Below, one piece after another: positions 8,733 through 18,510 of a DNA stretch of 20,000 nt. The DNA is from Chiloscyllium plagiosum (Eukaryota), in NCBI RefSeq assembly GCF_004010195.1, contig NC_057720.1, positions 10,080,765-10,100,764 on the forward strand. Reading direction: 5' to 3'. Under the pieces are notes generated by a model. It saw only the letters and a list, made by a program, of their open reading frames with translations. It did no database searches and was not told the origin of the DNA. The position numbers and the translations under genes are program-made. Each line of letters opens with the position of its first letter. The stretch's first letter is position 1.

Positions 8733-8867
8733 TATTTGTTATCTATCTCTAATTACCTTGTAACTCAATGACTCACTAAGGCACTTCATTGGTCATTTCA
8801 GATCAATCCTGCCTACATTATTTTAATTTGTGGGCAAAATGTATTTTTGCAAACATAATAAACTTGA

Positions 8868-9110
8868 ATCGTGGTAATATAATGGTCCAGACTCCGTGGA
8901 CCTGGGTTCATATCTAACCATGGGATTTGGTGGAATGTAAGTGAAAGTAAAGATTTTGGAATTATAAAGCTAGTTCCAGTGGTGGTGCTGTTACCACAAA
9001 ACTCAGTTGGTTCATTAATGCCCTTTATAGACGGAAAACTACTGTCCTTACGTGTGCTAGTCCACACGTGGTTGAATCTCAACTGCCCTCTGAAGTGGCC
9101 TAACTCAGTC
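8868..9110 (+). mobile_element. SacSINE1-like DeuSINE, degenerate
   Basis: tRNA head (gtggtaatat...gggttcatatc) and Deu-like tggttcattaatgcccttta...gtggttgaatctcaactgccctctgaagtggcc. Confidence 0.75.
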
Positions 9111-9233
9111 TGCTCTATGATTCAATGAGATCATGTCTGATCTGCTAATCATCAACTCCACTTTCCTGTCTTTTCCCCTTAATTCCCTTCATGATTAAAT
9201 ATCTGTGTCTCTCTGCCTTTAATATTCTTAATG

Positions 9234-9727
9234 AGTTGAAAAGTGTGGTGCTGGAAAAANNNNNNNNNNNNNNNNNNNNNNNNNNNNNNNNTAAGAGGTG
9301 GGGGAGAGGGAATTTGGGGGAGGGGCGCTGGGAATACGATAGGTGGAAGGAGGTGAGGGTGAGGGTGATAGGCCAGAGATGGGGTGGCGGCGGAGAGGTC
9401 GGGAAGAAGATTGCAGGTCAAGAGGGCGGTGCTGAATCCAGGGGTTGGGACTGAGATAAGGTAAGGGGAGGGAAAACGAGGAAGCTGGAGAAATCTACAT
9501 TCATCCCGTGTGGTTGGAGGGTTCGTAAGCGGAAGATGAGGCGCTCTTCCTCCTCATGTCCTTGGCGGAGTGGGAGGGGGAGTTAAAGTGTTCAGCCACA
9601 GGGCGGTTGGGTTGGTTGGTCCGGGTGTCCCAAAAGTGTTCCCTGAAAGGTTGCGCAAGTCAGCAGCCTGTTTCCCCAATGTAGAGGAGACCACATTGGG
9701 TGCAGCGGATACAGTAAATGATGTGTG
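9234..9727 (-). mobile_element. Penelope-like element 3' part (GIY-YIG endonuclease + terminal repeat)
   Basis: Minus strand HIIYCIRCTQCGLLYIGETG...FREH...PVAEHFNSP...EEERLIFRLRTLQPHGMNVDF, then a pyrimidine-rich UTR and ttttccagcaccacac. Confidence 0.92.
9260..9291. other. Assembly gap (32 N)
   Basis: Run of n. Confidence 1.
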
Positions 9728-10048
9728 GACCCAACTTCATTTGTTCTCTGGAGTAAAGAATTCCACAGAGTCACCATCCTCCCAGCAAAGAACTTCCTCC
9801 TCATTTTAAACGGGTGACTCCTTACTCTGAGATATGTCCTTTCCTCCTTGACAGTCTGACAAGGGAAACAACCTTTCTGCATCGAAGAATCATGCACATT
9901 TTAGTAACATCATCTCACATCCATACAAAATCTAATGTGAGCACGCTCACTTTATAGACCTCTCTTGATAAAGAATCCCTCCAGAGCCAGGATCAATCGC
10001 GCGAACCTTCTCTAGGAGCCTCCAATACCAGTACACCTTTCTTTATAA

Positions 10049-10931
10049 TGTAGTGGACAGCGAAGAAGGTTACTTCAGAATACAACGGGAACTTTATCAA
10101 ATCGGCCAATGGGCTGAGGAATGGCAGATGGAGTTTAATTTAGATAAATGTGAGGTGCTACATTTTGGAAAAGCAAATCTTAACAAGACTTAATGGTAAG
10201 ATCCTAGAGAGAGTTGCTGAACTAACAGACCTTGGAGTGCAGGTTCATAGCTCCTTAAAGGTAGATAGGATAGTGAAGAAGGCGTTTGGTATGCTTTCCT
10301 TTATTGGTCAGAGTATTGAGTACAGGAGTTAGGAGGTCATGTTGTGATTGTATAGGACATTGGTTAGGCCACTTTAGGAATATTGTGTGCAACTCTGGTC
10401 TCCTTCCTATAGGAAAGATGTTGTGAAACTTGAAATGGTTCAGAAATAATTTACAAAGATATTGCCAGGGTTGGAGGGCTTGATCTACAGGGAGAAGCCC
10501 TGTACAGGCTGGGGCTGTTTGCCCTGGCTGAAGCTTCGGAGGCTGAGGGGTGATCTTACAGATGTTTATAAAATCATGCGAGGCATGGATAGGATAAATA
10601 GACAAGGCCTTTTCCCAAGGGTGGGGGAGTCCAGAGTTAGAGGGCATAGGTTTAGGATGGGAGGGGAGAATTTTAAGAGGGACCTGAGGGGCAACTTTTC
10701 ATACAAAGGGTTGTGCGTGTATGGAATGAGCTATCAGAGGAAGTGGCTGGTGTAATTACAGCATTTAAAAGGCATCTAGATGTGTATATGAATAGGAAGG
10801 GTTTAGAAGGATATGGGCCAAGTGCTGGCGAATGGGACTGGATTGGGTTGGGATATCTGGTCGGCATGGACGGGTTGGACCAAAGGGTCTGTTTCCATGC
10901 TGAACATCTCTATGACTCTCTGACTCTATGA
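10049..10931 (+). mobile_element. HER1-like CR1 LINE, 5'-truncated
   Basis: VDSEEGY...WAEEWQMEFNLDKCEV...DLGVQVH...KAFGML...VWNEL...FKRHLD, with tail (TCTATGAC)n. Confidence 0.92.
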
Positions 10932-11559
10932 GACCAAAACTGTTCACAGTATTCCAGGCCTGACTCACACCTTACACCGTTTTAGAAAGACCTCCCTATT
11001 TTTACACTCCAATATCTGAAATAGAGGCCAATATTTTAATTACCTTCCATACAACCTGTTGACCTTGGATTCCATCTTATTTGTGAATCAACACGAGGAC
11101 CAGAAATCCCTCTGAGCTTGAGTCTTCCTCAGTCTGTCCCCATTTCAATAATACCCAGCTCCCCTATTCTTGCCATTGTATATAAGCTCACATTTGGCTC
11201 CATTACCTTCCAATTGTTAAGTTTTTACTCACACATTTAGCTAGTCTATGCTCATCTGCAGGCTCCCTGTGTTATCCTCACCACTTGCCTTACCACATCT
11301 TTTTATATCATCTACAAGCTTGGTTATAGTATATTCACTTTTCTCATCTAAGCCATTAATCTATGTTATGCATAATTTTAGCCCTGACATTTATCCTTGT
11401 GTCATAGCACTAGTCACAGGTTGTCATTCTGAAATTCCCTTTTATCCAAACTCTCTGTCTTTTATTAGTTTGCCATCCTCTATGCATGCTAATGTACCAC
11501 CCCAGTTCCAAAGCTTATGTGTCATACTTTGCTGAATGTCTTTTTATTCATCTTCTGCC

Positions 11560-11902
11560 TTGGGATTAATGCGGTTTTAATCAGTTTCTCCATTTCCCCT
11601 CCCCCCACCTTATCCCAGTCCCAAGTTTCCAATTTGGCACCACCCTCTTGACTTGTCCATCACCTTTCCCATCTATCTGCCCCAACCTCCTCTCCGACCT
11701 ATCACCCTCTCCCCCACTTTTATCTACCTATCGCATTCCCAGCTACCTTCCCCCCCAACCCTACCTCCTTCCCATTTATCTCTCAGCGCCCATCGGCTCA
11801 TAAGCCTCATTCCTGATGAAGGATTACTGCCCAAGACGTCGATTCTCCTGCTCTTCAGATGCTGCCTGACCTGCTGTGCTTTTCCAGCACCACAATCCCG
11901 AC
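11560..11902 (+). mobile_element. Penelope-like element 3' UTR/terminal repeat with mutated hammerhead
   Basis: Similar to the rc of 9234-9500. cattcCTGATGAaggattactgcccAAGACgtc has GAAA mutated, then gatgctgcctgacctgctgtgcttttccagcaccac. Confidence 0.85.
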
Positions 11903-11921
11903 ACTACTTTCCCCATAACCA

Positions 11922-12097
11922 GGCAAAAGTGCGGATTGCAGATGCTGCAGATCAGAGTCAAGATTAGAGTGGTGCTGGAAAAGCACAGCAGGTCAGGCGG
12001 CATCCGAGGAGCAGGAAAATTGACGTTTCAGGCAAGACCCCTTCATCAGGAATGCTGCCTGACCTGTTGTGCTTTTCCAGCACCACTCTAATCTATG
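11922..12097 (-). mobile_element. Palindromic PLE-terminal insert with 10-bp TSD, inside an HE1 SINE
   Basis: TSD cccataacca at 11912-11921 and 12098-12107. Inverted arms 11961-12003 and 12052-12094 (2 mismatches). Minus-strand CUGAUGA-AGG...CCU-GAAACGUC. Confidence 0.85.
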
Positions 12098-12266
12098 CCC
12101 ATAACCAACCCATCTAACCTGCATATCTTTGGACTGTGGGGAGAAACCCACACAGACACAGGGACAATGCGCGAACTCCATGCAGACAGTCACCCAAGGA
12201 TGGAATTGAACTTGTGCACCTGATGCTGGGAAGGCAATGGTGCTAACCACTGATCCACTGTGCTAC
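12098..12266 (-). mobile_element. HE1-like V-SINE, 5' half
   Basis: Head ...cagtggttagcacc...gttcaattcc and V-domain gactgtctgcatggagttcgcgcattgtccctgtgtctgtgtggg. Confidence 0.85.
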
Positions 12267-12394
12267 ACATGCTTGCTTTTCTTGCTTATATTATGTATTT
12301 CTAAATGTTCTAAATGGGATCATGAACCCAGAAGCTTCTGATTCAGAATCGAGAGTGTGAGAGTGAGTATAACATAGCTTTACAAGTAAGTTCA

Positions 12395-13927
12395 GGTTCC
12401 ACCAGGTCCACTCAGTTCCTGACCTCGTTTACAGCCTTGGTTCAAGCATGGAAAAAAGAGCTGAATTCCAGAGGAGAAGTGAGAATAACAGCTCTTGACA
12501 TCACGACTGCGTTCAACTGTGTATAGCATCAATGAGTCATAGAGTCATAGAGATGTACAGCATAGAAACAGACTCCTCGGTCCAACCTGTCCACGCCACC
12601 CAGATATCCCAACCCAAGCTAGCCCCACCTGCCAGCACCCGGCCCATATCCCTCCAATCCCTTCTATTCATATACCCATCCAAATTCCTTTTAAACGTTG
12701 CAACTGTACCAGCCTCCACCACTTCCTCTGGCACCTCATTCCATACACGTACCACCCTCTGTGTGAAAAGGTTGCCCCTTAGTCTCTTTTATATCTTTCC
12801 CCTCTCACTCTAAACCTATGCCCTCTAGTTCTGGACACCCCGACCCCAGGGAAAAGATTTTGCCTATTTACCCTATCAAGAACAAACTCTCTGCTGGTTG
12901 GAGTCACATCTGGGACATAGGAAGAACGTTGTGGCTGTTGGAGGTCAGTCATCACAACCTCAGGACATCTCTGCATCAGTTCCTCAGAATAGCGTCCTAG
13001 GCCCAACCATCTTTAGCTGCTTCATCAATGACCTTCCCTCCATTACAAGGTCAGAAGTGGGGACGTTTGCCAATGATTGCATAATGTTCAGCACAATTCT
13101 CAACTCCTGAGATAATGAAGCAGTCTAAGTTCAAACGCAACCAGACCTGAAAAATATCCAGATGACAAGAAGAAAGTTATATTCATAGCACACAAATGCC
13201 AGGCTATGACTGTCATCAATAAGAACCAATCTAACCACCACACCTTGACATTCAATGGCATTACCATCACTGAATCCACTACAGTCTACATCCTTGTGGT
13301 TACCATTGACCAGAAACTCAACCGGACCTGCCACATAAACACAGTGGCTACAAGAGCAGGTCAGAAACTGGGAATACTGCAGCGAGTCTCTCACCTCCTG
13401 ATTCTCCAAAGCCTGTCCATCATCTACAAGGCATAAATCAGGAGTGTGAGAGAATACCCCTCACTTGCCTGGATAAGTGAAGTCCCAACAACACCCAAGA
13501 AGCTTGGCACCATCCAGGACAAAACAGCCCACTTGATTGGCACCACATCCACAAACGTCCACTCCCTCCACCACTGGCGCAGTAGATGCTCCACTTGTAG
13601 CAGCAGTGTGTATTATTTACAAGATAGACTACAGACATTCACCAAAGGTCCTCAGACAGCACCTTCCAAATACACACTTCCATCTAGAAGGACAATGGCA
13701 GCAGATACATGGGAACACCACCGCCTTCAAGTTCCCCTCCAAGTGACTTACCATCCTGACTTGGAAATATATCACTGTTCCTTCACTGTCGCTGGGACAA
13801 AATTCTGGAATTCCCTCCCTAATGGCATTGTAGATCAACCCACAGCAGGTGGACTGCAGCAGTTCAAGAAGACAGCTCACCCCCACCTTCTCACGGGCAG
13901 CTAGGGATGGGCAATAAATACTGGCCA
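12395..13927 (+). mobile_element. CR1-group LINE (DeuSINE-partner type) RT to 3' end, interrupted
   Basis: TALVQAWKKELNSRGEVRITALDI...SVPQNSVLGPTIFSCFINDLP...FANDC...ILVVTIDQKL, and tail gggcagctagggatgggcaataaatactggcc shared with the DeuSINE at 15018. Confidence 0.88.
12533..12877 (-). mobile_element. HER1-like CR1 3' fragment nested in the LINE above
   Basis: VRVWNEVPEEVVEAGTVATFKRNLDGYM, with tail (TCTATGAC)n at 12533-12552. Confidence 0.92.
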
Positions 13928-14278
13928 GGACATTGGTTAGAACACTTTGGAATACTGTCTTCAATTGTGGTCTCCCCACTATAGGAAGGATGTTGTGAAA
14001 CTGGGAAGGATTCAGAAAAAAATCACTAGGATGTTGTCAGGTTTGGAGAGTTTGAGCTGTAGGAAGAAGCTGAATGGGCTGGGGCTGCTCTTCTGGAGTA
14101 TCAGAGGCTGAGGGGTGACCATATACATGTATATAAAATTATAGAGGGGCATAGACAGGGTGAATAGCCAAAGTCTTTTACCCAGGGTAGGGGAGTCCCA
14201 AACTAGAGGGCAGAGGTTTACGGTGTGAGGGAAAAGAGTTAAAAGGGAGCTAAGGAAGAACTTTATGATTCTATGACT
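13928..14278 (+). mobile_element. HER1-like CR1 fragment with internal deletion before the tail
   Basis: Similar to 10355-10700, then jumps from aagaacttt to atgattctatgact. Confidence 0.85.
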
Positions 14279-14483
14279 GATAGGCACCCTGCAGATAAGT
14301 CTGTTGGATATAAATGAGACTATGAGTTCAAAATTGCAACGGTGGGTGGTGGTTATTAAACTGACGACAAAAAAAGCAGAGTAGTTGGGAAAATACAATT
14401 TTTCATGTTCTAGCCTGTTTAAGGTTGCAACACCATCCTGTGGAAGAAGAAGGAATTACAGAAATTATACCCTCACACATCGA

Positions 14484-14868
14484 ATCAGAGAGTCATAGAG
14501 ATGTACTGCACGGACACAGACCCTTCGGTCCAACTCGTCCATGCTGACCAGATATCCTAAATTAATCTAGTCCCATTTGCCATAATTTTGCCCATATCCC
14601 TCCAAATCCTTCCTATTCATATACCCATCCAGATGCCTTTTAAACGCTGTAATTGTACCAGCCTCCACCATTTCCTCTGGCAGCTCATTCCAAACACACA
14701 CTTCCCTCTGTATGAACAAGTTGCCCCGTAGGTCCCTTTTAAATCTTTCACCTCTCACCTTAAACCTATGCCTTCTATTTCCCCCACCTTGGGGAAAAAG
14801 CTAGGCTATTCAACCTATCCATACCCTTTATGGTTTTATAAATTTCTATCAGGTCACCCCACAGCCTC
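14484..14868 (-). mobile_element. HER1-like CR1 3' fragment
   Basis: RGERFKRDLRGNLFIQREVCVWNELPEEMVEAGTITAFKRHLDGYM, with tail tctctatgactct. Confidence 0.92.
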
Positions 14869-15017
14869 TCCCCATTGATCAAACCTACATGTTAATTGAT
14901 AGCATCTTATGGATCGTTCAGTATCTCCATTAGTTTCAAAAAGGTATGTTTAGCAAAGACACAGATAGAGGGTAGTATATCGAATGGATTTTAACAAGAT
15001 CAGCATCAGTAACTTCC

Positions 15018-15330
15018 TTCTTTTATTTGTTCAGAGGATATGGCGAGGCCATCAGTTATTGCCCGTCTCTAATTGCCCAGAGGGCAGTTGTGAGTCAACC
15101 ACATTGCAATGGGTCTGGAGTCACTTGTAGGCCAAGCCAGGTAAGGATGGCAGATTTCCTTCTTACAGATTGATTTTTCCTCAATAATTTCGTGGTCATC
15201 ATTGGACTCTTAAGTTTAGACTTTTTTTCTGATTGAATTCAAATTCTACCACTGTTGGCTTTGAACCCAGGTCCTCACCTGGATCTTTTAGGTTAATTAC
15301 CTAGTGATGAACGCCATTACACCATCACTT
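15018..15330 (-). mobile_element. SacSINE1-like DeuSINE
   Basis: rc: head gggttcaaagcc, Deu domain ccttacctggcttggcctacaagtgactccagaccc...gtggttgactc...actgccctctg, tail ggcaattagagacgggcaataa. Confidence 0.85.
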
Positions 15331-15469
15331 CAAGCTGTTAAACTGAGTCCTATTTACAGGTAAATTGGGGCTTACACATAATTTCATAAAATCTTTAATG
15401 CTTATGATAATACTGGGAATAGCAGGGTTTGACTTTCAATATGCTACCTCATTCAGTGAGGTATAAAAC

Positions 15470-15635
15470 TATCTATTCCCTTCTACCTCATCAGCTCATC
15501 TAACTTCCATTTCAATATATTTATACCATTTACTTCACCCACAGCCTATGGTAGTGAGTTCCGTATTCTCATCACATTGTGTGTAAAACATTTTCTTCTG
15601 TATACTTGATTGTATTTCAGTACAGGTAATTCTGA
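15470..15635 (-). mobile_element. Old CR1 3' fragment
   Basis: rc agaagaaaatgttttacacacaatgtgatgagaatacggaactcactacc (RRKCFTHNVMRIRNSLP-like). Confidence 0.55.
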
Positions 15636-15636
15636 T

Positions 15637-18510
15637 ATACAAAGAACAAAGAGGATTTACAGCCCAGGTACAGGCCCTTCGGCCCGCCAAGCCTGAACCG
15701 AACCAAATGTACTGTCTAAACCTGTCGGTCAATTCCAAAGCATCTGTACCCCTCTGCTCCCCACCTACTCATGCATCTGTCCAGATGCATCTTAAATGAA
15801 TCCATCATGCCTGCCTCTACCACCTCTGCTGGCAACGCGTTCCAAACGCCCACCACCCTCTGTGTGAAGTACTTGCCACGTGTATCCCCCTTAAACTTTC
15901 CACCTCTCACCTTGAAAGCGTGACCTCTTGTTATTAAATCCTTCACCCTGGGAAAAAGCTTGACTCTATCCACCCTGTCTATACCCTTTATGATTTTGTA
16001 AACCTCAATCAGGTACCCCCATAATCTCCTTTTTTCTAATGAAAACAATCCTAACCTACTCAACCTCTATTCATAGCTAGCACCTTCCATACCAGGCAAC
16101 ATCCTCGTAAACCTTCTCTGCACCCTCTCCAAAGCGTCCACATCCTTTTGGTAATGTGGCGACCAAAACTGTACACAGTATTCTAAATGCGGCTGTACCA
16201 AAGTCTTGTACAATTTTAACATGACCTGCCAGCTCTTAGTCTTCTGCAAACTTGCTGATCATACCAACAGTTCCCTCTTCCAGATCATTTATGTATATCA
16301 CAAACAACAGTGACCCCAATACTGACCCCTGTGGAACACCACTGGTCACCTTTCTCCATTTCGAGAAACTCCCTTCAACTACTACTCTCTGTCTCCTGTT
16401 GCTCAACCAGTTCTTTATCCACCTAGCTACAACACCTTGCACACCAAGTGACTTCACTTTCTTCATTAGTCTACAATGGAAAACCTTATCAAGCGCCATA
16501 CTAAAGTCCATGTATATGACATCAACAGCCCTTCCTTCATCTATCAACTTGGTCACTTCCTCAAAGAACTCTATTAAGTTGGTAAGGCATGATCTCCCCC
16601 GCACAAAACCATGTTGCCTATCACTGATAAGCCCATTCTTTTCTTCATATAAATAGATCCTATCCCTCAGTACCCTCTCCAGCAACTTTCCCACCACTGA
16701 CGTCAGGCTCACTGGTCTGTAGTTACCCGGAATATCCCTACTACCCTTCTTGTACAGGGGGACAACATAAGCAACCTTCCAGTCCTCTGGCACCTCACCT
16801 GTATTTAAGGATGCTACAAAGGTATCTGTCAGGGCCCCAGCTATTTCCTCTCTCGCCTCCCTCAGCAACCTGGGATATATCCCATCCTGTCCTGGGGTTT
16901 TGTCCACCTTAATAACTTCTAGCCTACCCAGCACATCTTCCCTACTTGTACCAACGTGATCCAGACTAATCAAACTTCTATCTCTAATCTCAAGATTCAT
17001 CATGTTCCTCTCCTCAGTGAACACTGATGCAAAGTAATCATTCAGAATCTCACCCAGACTCTCAGGTTCGACGCACAGCCTTCCTTCATTATCCTTTAGT
17101 GGACCAATCCTTTCTCCAGTTACCCGATTCATCATGTTCCTCTCCTCAGTGAACACTGATGCAAAGTAATCATTCAGAATCTCACCCAGACTCTCAGGTT
17201 CGACACACAGCCTTCCTTCATTATCCTTTAGTGGACCAATCCTTTCTCCAGTTACCCGCTTGCTTCTTATATAAGAGTAAAATGCTTTGGGATTCTCCTT
17301 AATTCTGCTTGTTACAGCTATTTCATGACCCCTTTTAGCCCACTTGACTCCTTGTTTAAGACTTGTCCTACTCTCCTGATATTCCTCCAGGGCCCGTTCT
17401 GTTCTCAGCTGCCTAGACCTTATGTATGCTTTCCTTTTCCTCCTGGCTAGTTGCACAATTTCTCCTGTCATCCATGGTTCACAAATTTTGCCCTTCCTAT
17501 CCTTTGCCTTCAATGGGACATGCTTATCCTGCACTATCTTTTACCTATCGTTGAAAACCTCCCACATCTCAAATGTGGACTTCCCTTCAAATAGCTGTAT
17601 CCAATCCACATATCCGAGCTCCTGCCTAATTTTGATATAATCGGCCTTGGCCCAGTTTAGTACTCATCCCTTAGGACCACTCTCATCTTTATCTATGAGT
17701 ATTCTAAAACTTACAGAATTGTGGTCACTGTTCTCAAAGAACTCCCCACCACAACTTCTACCACATGTCCTGGCTCCTCAGTACCAGGTCCAATATGGCC
17801 CCTGCTCTTGTCGGACTATTGACATACTGCTCTAGAAAACTCTCCTGGACACTTCGTAGAAATTCTACCCCATCCTGACCTCTGACGCTAAGTATATCCC
17901 AGTCAATGTTGGGAAAATTAATATCTCCCATCACCCCTACCCTATTGCTTCTACATCTATTCATAATCTGTTTACCTATTTGTTCTTCTACTTCACGCTC
18001 ACTGTTGGGAAGTCTGTAATACAGCCCCAACAATGTAACGTCACCTTTCTTATTTCTCCACCCATAATGCCTCACTACCCAAGCCCTTTAGCACAGCCGT
18101 AATATCATCCCTGACCAGCAATGTAACTCCACCCCCCCCCTTTTACTTCCCTCCCTTTCCTGTCTGAAGCGTCTATATCCTGGAACATTTAGTTGCCAAT
18201 CATCATGCCCTTTCTTCAACCAAGTCTCAGTGATTGCAGTAATGTCATACTCCCAGGCACCAATCCAAGCCTTAAGTCCATCTGCCTTACACACGATACT
18301 CCTTGCATTAAAGTAGATGCATTTCAAGCCACCAGTTCTTTTGCACTTATCTCTACCTACTCTTCCCTTCATTAATGCTATCGTCATGATTCTGACAGTC
18401 TCCAATTTCCACCTCACTGCTTACTTGTTTTCTCTTCTGGTTTCCAGACCCCTGCCACATTAATTTAAAACCTCCCCAACAGCAGTGGCAAAAACTCCCC
18501 CAAGGACATT
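15637..18510 (-). mobile_element. Long CR1 LINE: ORF1 end, EN-RT ORF2 and 3' UTR; defective
   Basis: ORF1 end NVLGGVFATAVGEVLN*; APE motifs LKCIYFNARSI, AITETWL, MGDINFP, ILDLVL; RT in ORF 16236..17534; C-terminus YFTQRVVGVWNALP; tail (TCTTTGT)n. Carries frameshifts, a 132-bp duplication and a deletion at ~16238. Confidence 0.96.
16995..17258. repeat. 132-bp tandem duplication (2 copies, 1 mismatch), in frame in CR1 ORF2
   Basis: 16995-17126 and 17127-17258 encode [44 protein letters not shown] twice. Confidence 0.97.

Larger units (their letters stand above)
9112..11545 (-). mobile_element. Old CR1 LINE (RT to 3' UTR), split by two nested insertions
   Basis: Collinear pieces 9112-9233, 9728-10048 and 10932-11545. 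Degenerate MRRKFF..RMVTLWNSL, LEYCEQFWS, KLVDD (from KFADD) and VTS...QG motifs. Confidence 0.75.

Noticed and set aside
8474..8763. Mirror-image ORFs on both strands (toxin-antitoxin-like pair)
   Set aside because: A by-product of the perfect palindrome.
14280..14460. Minus-strand acceptor at 14437 (ttccttcttcttccacag) with an open frame
   Set aside because: No good donor, the frame runs into antisense CR1, and the peptide is unrecognised.
16236..17534. Intact or domesticated reverse transcriptase gene
   Set aside because: The catalytic motif reads FAED, the following segment is deleted, and the upstream EN is frameshifted.
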